DNA of 61,889 nt, filler included, from Sphacelaria rigidula (taxonomy: Eukaryota), in NCBI GenBank assembly GCA_964200075.2. It is 8 parts of 8 records of this genome, joined end to end, with 100 filler letters (N's around TTAATTAATTAA, not from the genome) between each part and the next. Parts side by side here need not be neighbours in the genome. Positions count along the whole stretch, not along the records: positions 46,494 to 54,141 come from CAXNAA020013941.1; positions 54,242 to 61,889 come from CAXNAA020013942.1; 6 more parts are not named here. One strand, given 5' to 3'. The position numbers and the translations under genes were made by a program. The notes under the pieces were generated by a model that was given only the letters and a program-made list of their open reading frames with translations, had not been told where the DNA came from and made no database searches. Positions 49,801-61,400 of the stretch are shown piece by piece. Each line of letters opens with the position of its first letter. The first letter of the stretch is position 1.

Positions 49801-52634
49801 AGGCGGACGACAGCGCGAAGTCCAGCGGGCGGGGCGGCGTCACCGCCAGTGGCATCGCGTCCTCTTCCCCGCTGTGGGATACCCCCATGGTCTTCGTCAT
49901 AAGAAAGTCCGCCAGGCGGTGCGTCTTTTCGACCGTGCATGGTGGATTTTCAAGGGCATCGACAGAATAAGATATGAAGATGGCGTTTTGGTTGGTTCAT
50001 TTTTTGATTGATTGATTGATTGCCGCACATTAGGTCATCCTCGACGAATCCAGCTGTGGTCATCATCCACAAGATAGACGCACCGAAGGTAAGGGTAATC
50101 AAAACGGAAAACAACATGAGCTATTCATCACGAGGGAAACTCGACAAAGGGGAAACATGAGGAGAAGAAAGAGGTCAGAAAGAAATAAAACAACCATAGC
50201 AAGCTAGAAATACCAGAAGCAGCACAAAAACGCAAACAATAACAGGAACAAGGGAAGGAAAAGGAAAAGGGAAAATACCAAACAGACACCAAGATACATC
50301 AAGTACTAGGCCTGAAGGAAACAAAAATAACCGAAACAAAATCAACAGGAGACGCCCTGCCGCTGCTTAATGTGTTGAGGTATGGAGACCGTACAAAGAA
50401 AAAACGAGCAAGGCCGTGGAAACAGGTTGTGGACGAAAATGAAAGTAATTACTCATTGACGGCAATCAGCAGATATCTACTGCTAGACAACCGTTAGAGT
50501 GGCCAGCTGTCAAACGTGCAAGAATTCCTTATATGAGCGTGAGCTTGTAAACGGGGGCGTGACTTGGATATTATACTCGCCCAGAATGCGTACAAAGTTG
50601 TCACATGAAGTCAGATTTGTGGATGCGGTGGTCAGTCATGCCCCTCTTTCCCCCACGCACTCCCCGAAGTATCGCCCATCATTCACTCTTTTGCAGACAT
50701 GAGCGGTTTTCGCTTCGATACCCGAGGAAAGTAGCCAGAACCACAGCGATATCACGCGCGCGACGCCCTCTAGTCGATCGCACCTCCGTCCTCCCCAAAA
50801 CCGGGACAACTTCCTGCCTTCACTCACGCGATACACCCTTCACCATCAAACACCATTCTCCCCAGAAACCAAGGACCCTCACCGGCATCCCGTCCATCAT
50901 AGAGTGCTCCCCAACAATCCCCGCCTTGCCATTTTCGAACACGACGATCTGCACGGTCTTGTCGAAGTGGCGGTTACGCCCATCCCCGTGCCAGAGCGCC
51001 CGCGCCGCCTCAGCCCGCGTCTCAGGGGCTGAATCATCCAAACACACCGCCAGCACCGCCGCCTCCGCTCTCTCTAACAACTCCTCGTTGCCGTCGGCCA
51101 CCAATTGATCGCGCGCGCGGGCCCACTCGGTGCGGCCGTGTGAGGTGAGGACGCCCACAGGATGAACCGGATCCGGTCCGGCCGAGTCGATCACGAGCTG
51201 CAGTTGTGTCTGAATGTCTCGGATCGGCAGCGGGTCTCCGTCGGCATTGGTGACGTGTACGATGAAGAAACGGTTCTTGCGGATGACCAGAATGTGATGG
51301 TTGCCGGCCGGAGGGTAGAGGCGTACGCTGTCGGCGGTTTCGCCAGGCACCCTACACGAGTTGAACCTGTGTGATTTGCGTGCAAGTTGGGGGTGCGGAC
51401 GGGGTGGGGGGGGGGGCATACTCATTTGTTGCTTGCCTCGGTCGTTTGATCATTGACCACGCCTCCCTTTCGAGACAGAGCGTGAGTTGCACTGCTTGGG
51501 TCGCGACAGACGAAGCGGCTGTTGTGCGGTATGGTGTCTAGCGATATCAGCAGCAACGGCAGCAGCACTCTTGCTCTTTCAAAGCCCCACTCGTAGGAGC
51601 ATTCAGAATTTTTACCATTCAGTACTGCAAGCAATTTTGTGTTTAGCCTCATGTTTTCACGAGCGGGCCCCTTTGTTTCCAAAGCACATATCCAACGTGA
51701 AGAGGAAATAATCAGTTTGCCCACAACAGAGTTCGTTTCCTTTGAAGGGTTGGCGTCGATGACAAGCGTCGATGACAACGACGCTGTGGAACACCACTCA
51801 CTGCGTAAGCTAGACAATCAGGTTACCGGGGGGTTTTCTCGCTTGTGTTTTTTTGCGGTAAGCATGATGGTGGCCGAGCTAGATCATGTTGTTAGGGGTG
51901 GAGAATCTCAACCCCGCGCAAAGGGGATGATCGTACTACGATAGTGAGATACCCATGGGGTGGTGTAGCCCGTGGCTGTCTCTGGAAGTGGCGATGTCAC
52001 AAAATGAAGCCAAGCAACTCATTGTAGGCTGTAATCCATGTGCAAAATAAGCTGTACACTTCGGGCCAAACAATCGTAGCAGGATGCACGTCAACCCTGA
52101 TGCGACTCGCAGATCACATCACGGCGCTTCGCGCTTGGTCATTGCTAGCGTGGTCCGGCGAAAACCCGACGTGCTCCGCCCTGGCTTAGTGGGGGTACTA
52201 GGTCAACGGTCATATGACTACGGCACGCAGTATCGCGAATACATATCACTCAGAGCTCGCCTTCAAATTGGATCCAAATGGTGCAGACCTTCCCCGCTCC
52301 TTGCCCTCCCCTCACAAAGCTCAACTCACATATATTTGTAGGCGGTGGCGCACAGGGGCGTGCCCTTCTTGCCCAGCTTCACCGGCGGAAGCGTCCCCTT
52401 AAAAACGTGCTTCCGGAATACCATAGCCGCGTGAAGTAGGGCCGCCGCACGGCCAATCTGCGACCGATCGGCTTGCGTGCCGGGGCTGTCTTTGAAGTGG
52501 TAAAAGTATGACACAAAAAATACTGTCGGTCCTCGGTCGTGGAGGTATCCCGCCTGGTTCCACCATTCCGCTATCCAGCTGGAGTTGTGCCGATCCTTCG
52601 CTCTTCGGAGGAGTCTTGCCTGCAGCTTCTCCCC
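46874..52634 (-). CDS. Carnitine/choline O-acyltransferase family protein (carnitine acetyltransferase-like), partial
   Basis: Exons 52634-52330, 51366-50883, 49924-49742 (GC donor), 49294-49183, 48463-48258 and 46925-46874 splice in frame. Motifs: SWIAEWWNQAGYL, YKYMFNSCRVPG, NRHFDK, catalytic GEHSMMDG, SPDAFAQMALQLA, TYE...FLHGRT, GKDVDRHLFGL. N- and C-terminal exons not found in the contig. Confidence 0.95.
51419..51482 (-). mobile_element. ~63-bp 3'-terminal fragment of the LINE family, intronic
   Basis: TACTCATTTGTTGCTTGCC...TTGACCACGCCTCCCTTTCGAGACAGAGCG next to a G-run. Confidence 0.75.
51870..52241 (+). mobile_element. Second retroelement family (SINE-like or sister-LINE 3' region); other copies 54617-55007 (+), 55008-55300 (+), 59001-59290 (-)
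   Basis: Shared TCTCTGGAAGTGGCGA...GCAACTCATT...ATGCGACTCGC...ACGGCGCTTCGCGCTTGGT...TCCGGCGAAAACC, ending in ...ATGAGTAC. Confidence 0.8.
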
Positions 52635-54066
52635 CTATGAGATGGACGCACACATGCATGAATAGTTATTTGCTGGGAAATGTCAGTGGTAGTGCGTCAA
52701 CAATCGGACTGGCACGCGCCCCAAGTGGTCAAGCCACGAGAGGCGCTTGCTTTGGCGCGGTGGCGTAGGTGTTGGCCGTGCACTCTACTGTTGTACCCTA
52801 CCGTCGTGAACACACATACACGTCACACCTGCTCCGGTGCACTCGGAACTTACTTACTCGTACAGCTCTTCGGAAGCCCTGCAGGGCATCTACAGCTGGC
52901 ACAGCAGCAGCATCACCCATGACATACAGCATGGCGTGAGGTCGGTGGGGTGGCCTAAGCTGGTGTATACCAGGAATTGTGACTTAAAACGAATACCGAA
53001 GCAGCGTGACATGTCTTGGCTTCGTGCACAGAGATGACATGGAGCCGCTCATGTTCGAACCCCCTGCGCATACAAGTCCTTGGAGTTTGATGCGTGGAGT
53101 TTGATGGGTTTCACATACTAGCTGTGAGAGTTACTAAATAATATAAGAGAACGTGCACAACCGCAAAACGGAGGAATGCGTCAACAACAGACTCGATGAT
53201 GGACTGCCAGAGCGCTTTATTTGCTAAAAAAAAGAGACCCTACGCTCACCCCTAGCTCGAGGACACCCAATTCCCGAAGAAGCAAATCTCGATGACCACA
53301 ACCAGGAATCTCGCTCGGTTTGTTGCATAATGCTCTCCATGAAGTGGTGTTCGGTATTCAGATTACGCGCTGTTGAGATTCAGATCATGGAACAAACGCT
53401 GGTAAAATGCACATATGTGTTGAATATATATATATATATATATATGGCATGCGTCGCCATAAAGGGGTAACTGCAGATGTTTCAAGGTTGTGTTCTGTTT
53501 TCGCCGCCTCGCTTGTTCGCCACTTCTTGCCTCTACAGACATGTTCTTCTCTACTTGCTTCGACGTACCCCTACCACCTACCGTTTCGGTATACCCTGCG
53601 CACGCGAACGCTGCCGACATGCACGTACGGCGCAGTATAGCAACTGCTATCGCCATCATCCATCGATCAGGGGGTACCCCCTTCCTCAAATAGGGTACCA
53701 GTCTTTCAGTAGCAGCACAGGACTACTCGTCGTACGCCGCCCTCTCAAGCATAGCGGTTGTAGCACTGCGATAGTGGTATGTCGCCACCGGTCTCGCCAA
53801 AGCCAGCGCATCTCGATACTCATCATCCAGTGATCACCACGACGCAAAAGTCATTATCCAGCCGGCAAATTTGCCCCTGATGGCCACAAGAGCAACCGAC
53901 ACACCAAAACTCCTCGGTTTTGGGCTGCTCACGTCGAGGTGAATCCTGCGTGATCGAAATGATCGTTCAACTCTGTGTACTGGTGAAGAAACATAAATAA
54001 TGAGGTTTTTGCCAATTTAATTCGGTCTTTTCCTCATTCTCGACCGCTTGGGGGGGGGGGGGGGGG

Positions 54067-54130
54067 TACTCATTTTTTGCTTGCCTTCCTTGTTTGACTA
54101 TGGACCACGCATCCCGTTCGACACGGAGCG
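54067..54130 (-). mobile_element. ~63-bp 3'-terminal LINE fragment flanked by poly(G) on both sides
   Basis: G-run 54049-54066, TACTCATTTTTTGCTTGCC...GACCACGCATCCCGTTCGACACGGAGC, then a G-run to the contig end. Confidence 0.7.
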
Positions 54131-54241
54131 GGGGGGGGGGGNNNNNNNNNNNNNNNNNNNNNNNNNNNNNNNNNNNNNNNNNNNNTTAATTAATTAANNN
54201 NNNNNNNNNNNNNNNNNNNNNNNNNNNNNNNNNNNNNNNNN

Positions 54242-54310
54242 GGAATCGAACCCCTCAACTCAACCATCAGAAGGTTACGAGGTTACCAACTGAGCCACCG
54301 GGGCGACTGG
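54242..54310 (-). mobile_element. tRNA-derived SINE head (tRNA-like 5' region), truncated by contig start
   Basis: Minus strand CCAGTCGCCCCGGTGGCTCAGTTGGTAACC...GGGGTTCGATTCC with A and B boxes. The D-stem pairs poorly, and the GCCCCGGTGG start is shared with 39390. Confidence 0.65.
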
Positions 54311-54616
54311 CAAAGGTAGGTATTGAAATCTCGAAATACCGTGGTATTGTGGGTATCGTGGGTACGAGTTTTGAAAATACCCGATTGAGCGGGTACGGCA
54401 GGTACTGAAATCTCGAAATATCATGGTATCGTAGGTACGAGTTTTGAAAATACCGATTGAGCGGGTACGGTAGGTACTAAAATCTCGAAATACCGTGGTA
54501 TCGTGGGTATCGTAGGTATGACATTTGAAAATACCCGATCGGACCGGTATCGGCAGGGTATGAGATGTCCCAAATACCGGTACCGGGTAACTACCTTACC
54601 TGCGGTGCCTGTGAAG

Positions 54617-55300
54617 TGATCATGTTGTGCGGGATGGAAGAACGCAGGTTCTGCGCAAAGGGAACGATCATACTACGTGGTGTTTAAATGGCGAGACACT
54701 CATGAAGCAGTATATAACCTATGGCTGTCTCTGGAAGTGACGATACCAGAAAATGGAGCAACTCATCGGAAGCTGCTATCCATATGCAAGATGATCAGAA
54801 GGCTTCGGGCCGGACAATCTCAGCAGTGTGCAGCTCACCCTTCATGCGACTCGCCGAGCACATAACGGCGCTTCGCGCTTGGTGATCGATTGCGAGCCTG
54901 GTCCGGCGAAAACCCCGCGTACTCCATCCCGGCTTTGTGGGGATGCAAGGTCAATGGTCCTTGGACTATGGCATGCGAGATCATGAGTACCTCCCCCGCC
55001 GCCCCCTCTGGAAGTGGAAATACCAGGAAATGAAGAAACTCATTCGAGGCTGTGATCCATACGCAAGATAGTCAGCACGCTTCGGGCCGAATAAACTCAG
55101 CAGGATGTAGATCACTCCTCCTGCAACTCGCCGAACACACGACGGCGCTTCGCGCTTGGTGATTGAGTGCGAGCCTGGTCCGGCGAAACCTGGCGTGCTC
55201 CGTCCCGGCTTCGCAGGGATACGAGGCCAATGGGCTCATGCCTACGGTATGCAAGATCATGAGTACACCTCTAGACCCCTCCTCCCACTCCCTCTCCCCC
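54617..55300 (+). mobile_element. Two head-to-tail copies of retroelement family 2, each ending GATCATGAGTAC plus a C-rich tract
   Basis: Copy 1 ends at ~54990, followed by CTCCCCCGCCGCCCCC, which runs directly into the 5'-truncated copy 2 ending at ~55266. Confidence 0.8.
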
Positions 55301-55641
55301 TCACACCTTCCACCGTATGCAGGAGAGAGCATTCTACCTCTATCTGGCGGTTCAAAAAGCAAGTCCCAAAATGGAGAACATGTAATCTTTCCGCTCCCGC
55401 GGCAATATCAAGAACAGTACCCGTACACTTTCCGCGAATTGGTGGCAATAATTTCATAGTTTGAAACGAATGCGAAGTACTTGATTTTCGGGATGGGCGT
55501 AGGGGGGGGGGGGGGGGGGGAGGGCCCCCCGCGCCCGCAACAAGGGGAGGGCCCCGTGCCCCCCCCGGAAGTGGGGCCGGCCTTGACCAANNNNNNNNNN
55601 GTAATATTTTGTGGGTTGGAGGGGTGGGGGGGGTTTTGGTT

Positions 55642-55676
<35 letters not shown>

Positions 55677-55844
55677 GAGAGTCCCACGCGCTCGCCAGCA
55701 TGCGAAGGACACTTGCCCCCACCGTGAATCGGAGCTGACTTGAGCTATGCTGGCGCACGACTTGCCGCCAGTACCCTCTGTACTCCCCTACACAGAAGAT
55801 TCTCCGCACCCGGTAAGGGCTAAGGGCTAGGTCTCGGGTCAGGG

Positions 55845-56130
55845 CAAGTGATGGGTATCGAGGAAAAACCGAACGGGATACGATATCCGACGTCTGCTGC
55901 CAAAACGTTCGCGACATGAATGCGATATCCGAAAAATGTATCGCGTCATAACTCACCATATCGGACTCGATATTCGGATATTCGCCAGGGTTGAAAATCG
56001 GATATCGATACTCGAGACGATTTCGACAATATCGGTCGATACGGCGTATCGGTATCGCTGTTTCCCAAGCCGATATCTGTCGATACGTATCGATATCAAT
56101 ATCGATATCGGATATTGATATGGTCAACAC
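55845..56130. repeat. Cloud of CGATA/TATCG motifs
   Basis: Dense GATATC, TATCGATA and CGATAC motifs without fixed period. Confidence 0.75.
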
Positions 56131-57002
56131 ATTTATTTATTTATTTTACCGGGGGGGTGGTAGACAGCACATCCTCGCACCGCCCATCACGCCACTGCCC
56201 ACCACCCCGCCACCCACCACACTCCACAAACACCACACAGCCACTTGCTGTGAACCACACCGGTCTGCAATATGAGCCGCTTTCAGACTTTCGGCTTTGT
56301 GAAAGGCGGTAGCGCAGAGTCTGCGGTCGACGTTTCTGCCGATCCGTTTGTATCTTTGTCTGCTACGGTTGCTGCTGCTGCACCAGTGGCCGCCCCAGTG
56401 CCCTCAACCAAGAGTGGAGACAGCGGGCAAGCAGGCTTAACCCGCGAAGTTTTAGGTGTCTGGAGAATATACTTCGTTGTGTAGCCGAGAATGAAAAAAT
56501 GGACCAATGCTGCCGACGCATCCCTTGTTTTGTATGGTATGGAGAACAGAAAAAGCGAGCATGCAATTGCATTAATCATTATTTATCGCCCAGCTTCGAC
56601 GTTTGGCGCGTTTGTTACCGAATAATGAGTGTGTTCGCTGTGCGCAGTGCGCAGAGCCGAGGTACATGCTTAATTCGATAGAAACATGACGGAATAGTGG
56701 CCGCAGAATATTCTTCGGTATATCACCGGCTTGAACAACACACTATCTATCGTGCATCACACCTCGATTTGTCATCAACCACCTCTTTTGCGACTTACCC
56801 CTTGCACGATGAACCATTTTTGTCAAACCGAAGCATCACGCCGCGTGTTGTGCCGCCACTCCTATGATGTCAGATAACAAGTCACAAATCACCCACTGGT
56901 GCTGTTGCACCTTCATACAATCAGGCGTGCACCCACCCCGGGTTAGGTTGCCAGTGTCAGTGTAGTACCGTGAGGTCTTGCAAGCTGTGTCCCCACCAAA
57001 AC

Positions 57003-57432
57003 AGCCGTATCGTATCGTGTCGTATCGTATCGGGTATCAGTATCGAGTATCGATACGTATCGGGTCATTTTCCGCGTATCGAAAAAAATATCGGTATCGA
57101 CGTCTTGAGGTCAATACGTTAAAACTATCGTACCGAATTTTTTTTTTCCGTTCGATATTCAACACTGATATTCGCCCCCAAACTTCCCCAAAACGTCTAG
57201 GATTCAGAACCACCCTGGTTTTCACATATAAAACTTTACATACCGTATTTTGCATCCCGCGATATATCGTACGGTACAGGATATCGCCTGATATACCACG
57301 GGATACGAGATACGATATGGTACCCAGATATCGCGTAATTTCAGGCGATATAGATATGATATATCCCGAATATTTCGGGGTAGTAGATATATCGAGACTT
57401 GGCACGCGATACCCATTTTTCTAGATACGGCT
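57003..57432. mobile_element. CGATA/TATCG-motif element with 9-bp terminal inverted repeat (putative MITE)
   Basis: AGCCGTATC (57003-57011) and GATACGGCT (57424-57432) enclose dense TATCG/CGATA motifs; no clear TSD. Confidence 0.55.
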
Positions 57433-58473
57433 CGGGTTTGGCCTTGGTTTAGGGCAAGGGTTCAGCAACAACAACAAAAAGTATGCGATAATCATGACAC
57501 TTGACCACCAAATAACGACGGTCAGTCAGCAGTGGTTGACATCTCTGGCGTGAAATTGAGAAGATCCGGATTTTCTTTACGCAAAATGTTCAGTTGGTTT
57601 TTCACTCTACCCCGCTGATTCCCTGGAGTGTGATGTGATGCATGGGGGCACTCCTGCACACCGCACGCCGTGCCTCAAAGGCTTTGTGCTCAAATCGGCG
57701 CAACGCGCGCGTTTGGCTGCATGGGGCAAACGTGGGTCATCCATTGCATTGGCATCACTTTCACTGAAAAAGTGACTGCGTGACCCAGATGATTTACCAC
57801 CTACCCTGGCGGTCAAAAGGGTCGAGACAGGGGCGTAAAAAAGAGTGCGAAAGGAAACGTACAGTAAAATGTTTGCGATACGTGGGTCATTTGTTGTTAC
57901 CGTATCGTTATTATGTTTACGATCTCATTCTTGTTTTATTGTCGCGATAACATGGGGCTTCAGCAAAGAAGCGCATGCGATGAAAACGGGGAGCAAGCGA
58001 GCACTCGGAGGACTCGTGAGACCCACTAAAGATCCGAATCTCAGTGTCAACACCATCACAGCAATCACGCACATTTCTCAACAACCACAGATTTTTGACG
58101 AGGAGCTCGCGCACTATATGTCCTACTGAGCATAAGGAACATTATTCTTCAGGGGTTTACTTTTTTCAAGGACGAAATATCTGACTTTTTCGGGGGAAAA
58201 AAAACTCCGCAAAACGTGAGAGCAGGTTGTTTTTTTACCTCGTCAAGCAATGGATCAATTCAAGACTGACTACAGATGTCTCCGAAAATCTACCGCGTCG
58301 GATGTTCCTTTCCTGCTTCTGATTAATATGTTGGGAAACTTGGTAGGTAAACAAAAGTATTTTTTTCGGGAGGAGTAGAGGAAACAAATTGAGAAAATGC
58401 CACCTTAAACAAGACTCCTAACTAGCGCCGAAAAATATGGGCGTGTGTGGGTACCTCGCCATAGTGATGGTAC

Positions 58474-61400
58474 CTGTAAGCCTTCACAGCATCCGAGTAG
58501 TCTTCCCGGTATCGTAGTACTTGTGCCCTGTTGAAAAAAAGATCCGGATTCTTCGTGTGGCCGTTGGATTCCTGTCGAGTATAACATGGGAGGGAGGGCG
58601 TAGGAAGGGGGGCGTACTCATTTGTTGCTTGCCTTAGTCGATTGGCCATTGACCACGCATTCCTTTCGAGACGGAGCACCGTTCCTACTCCTAATCGAGA
58701 CACCTTCAATATTCCGGGGCTCATTACGTTTCTTTCATACATTGCACAAAAATATTCAACATATTTTATCCTCGTCCTGTTTCGCCGTCTCTGGCCACCA
58801 TCTATCTCCTAGTATCACCATCGTTTTCTCGCTACTGTCTAATGCATCAAACCATTTCATGCTACCTTCGTTCAACTCCCGCACTTCCCCCTCTAGCACG
58901 TCCCGGTCCTCCTTGTATAGTTCACATTCTGAAACTATATGACTTCTGCTTTCTATTGCTGTGCCACAGAGGCAGTTCTGTGGTGGTGTTGGGGGAGGGG
59001 GTACTCATGATCTCGCATGCCATAGTCCAAGGACCCTTGACCTCGCATCCCTGCGAAGCCGAGACAAAGCACGGCGGGTTTTCGCCTCATCAGGCTTGCA
59101 ATCGATCACCAAGCGCCAAGCGCCGTGATGTGTTCGGCGAGTCGCATGAAGGGTGAGCTGCACCCTGCTAAGATTCTTCGGCCCAAGGCCTACTGACTAT
59201 CTTGTGTTCGGATGACCGTCTCCAATGAGTTGCTTCATTTTCTGGTGTCGCCACTTCCAGAGAAAGCCACGGATTACACACTGCCTCACCATATCAACAC
59301 GTATCACGACCATCAAGCTTCGGAAGAAAAAAAAATCAAGCCGCTTCAATCTCGGAGAAGTGTGGACGCAGAGTCCGAATGTTTTTTTTTGTTTAATATC
59401 TGAGAAAAACAATGTTGATAATAATGGGTCTTCACGTAATTGATTCGTACTGTCCGAGTCAATCCTTGGTAGGCATTGTTTTCAGCGCTGCACCTCAGGT
59501 AAGCGCACTCCCAGGCATGTGACACAGCGGAAAACTTGCGCAGCCTTTTTCTTTTTCTTCCCTCATATTCCGAGGAAACAGGTCTGATAAATGAAAGATT
59601 TGGCTATTCGAACTGGTGATTATTCGCTGGACCCTTGCTACTTTTGAAGCAGAGTGGAGATCAAGATCTTAAAAAACGGATGTATTTCCCACTGGCTCAC
59701 ACCTTCGATGGAGGCTTGAGGTCGGGAACATCATAGGATGTGGGTCATGCCAACTACTCTATCGAGGAAAAATGCTCGGGTGAAAGCGTTCAAAGGTCGG
59801 ACAAATCGATGATTCGTCTGGAATTTACTTGGTTTTATTGTAATTGATTCGAATCGTACGAATCAACCCCTAGGCTTTATTTTCAGCGTTGCAACCCAGG
59901 TACACGCAGCCCAGACACGTGGAATGGCGCAAAAGTTGCATGAATACCGCTTGGACCAGCGGTCAGCTTTTTTTGCCCCTTTTGGGCAATCAGACGGAAG
60001 AAATCGTGAATTCGGTGATTCGAACCCGTGATGATTCATTCGTCCTGACCGTGAAAGCGTTTTCGTTAGGGCTGTGTATCGCCATCGACAAATTCATTGA
60101 TACAAGCATCGAAAAATAGGACCAATAATGATTATCATGCAAAAAGAATATAAAAGAAGTAAACAGCCCAACGCACTACTTCCACACATACTGCCTTGAT
60201 TTTTTATTTGATTGTCGCACTTTCACTGACCCCCCAGGGGTCCAGCCGTGGTCGCATGATAGACGTACCCAAGAAAAACACAACAAAACTGAAAAACTCG
60301 CCGGAGAAAATAAAGATACAGGGAAAAAAAGTAAAACAGAGCAACAAAATAGCCCGAGACGTACAAAAAAATACTGCAGACATGTTGAATAACCTTCTTG
60401 CCCAAAACTTTCACCATGACTTCACATAACCCCCCTGCCCGACAAGACTGTGTTTCGGATAATGACCCTGATCCATTTCGCTACCCTCGCACCTGTCCCT
60501 TATCCTATGACGGGTGGCATCGCATCGCGGCGACTAGTGGCGAAGCCGGTATTTTTAGCAAAATATTATATGGAAGCGTTTTTTTTGTGTTTTTCGTCCG
60601 GTTAGGACCCGCGGTCTTACCGCCTGGGAGTAGGCCTGCAGAGCCCGATCCAAATCCTTGAAGGCCCTCGAATCTCTGAAGAATGACGCTACGTACGCGT
60701 TTCCGACCACGTACCAAGACTCCCCGCAGCGTACATCCTGCGTAACGGCTTCCTTGGCCAATCGCAGGCTCTCCTACATTCAGGAGAAGGGGAAAACAAA
60801 CCAGGGGGACATCGCCGCGCGATGAGGGGCGCGCGTGAATATAACACATAAAACAAAAATAAGCATGGAAAAGCATGTGGCTACAGTTTTTGGGTGGTGG
60901 AATAAATGTGCAAATTGCACACCCTGAATAAAGACGATATATTACACTGCCAAAAATTGTACCACGTACAGTATAGACCATTGTGTATATTACAACAGAT
61001 GATAGATCCCATGCTATACGCGGTACGTACGTTGTTTGACAATGTGATCTGTTGTACAGGGTGTGGCAAATTGTAATATCATCAACGAAGACAATAAGAA
61101 TGACAATGACGACGACAAGTACCACAACAACAACAGAAAGAACACACATGATGCACGGAGAAGTAAGCCACTGTCATTTTTTCCCTTCTCAGAGTTAATT
61201 TCCCGCAGTGCGAATAAAAACACGGCGTATTTTTATTGTAGAGGGCCGCGCTCCGGTGGTTTGACTGGTACAAGCAAAACCAGCTATTTTCTCAAAAAAT
61301 ATTTACTTTCTTTTCCGAAAAAAAAACTGATTATATTTTCCGACTTCTATCCCCAAAATGAAATTCTGACAATAACAATTCGATGCCCGAGTTTCCGAGA

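Noticed and set aside
7650..54241. Regularly spaced TTAATTAATTAA palindromes and any synteny between segments
   Set aside because: Artificial spacers joining size-sorted contigs. Co-occurrence of the four genes has no biological meaning.
54242..54310. Functional tRNA gene (also 39385-39460, 32875-32950)
   Set aside because: A/B boxes are present, but stems do not form a complete cloverleaf and the starts are shared. Better explained as SINE heads.
55501..55676. G-rich/poly-Pro ORFs and apparent duplication around the 10-N gap
   Set aside because: 55520-55590 reads as a noisy copy of 55676-55750, and 55601-55645 as a noisy copy of ~55445-55495. This is typical of low-quality read ends either side of a single poly(G) run, so an assembly artefact.
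57650..57763. Next TTC5 exon (SESDANAMDDPRLP...)
   Set aside because: Acceptor and phase fit, but resemblance to the expected TTC5 continuation is weak and there is no clear donor.
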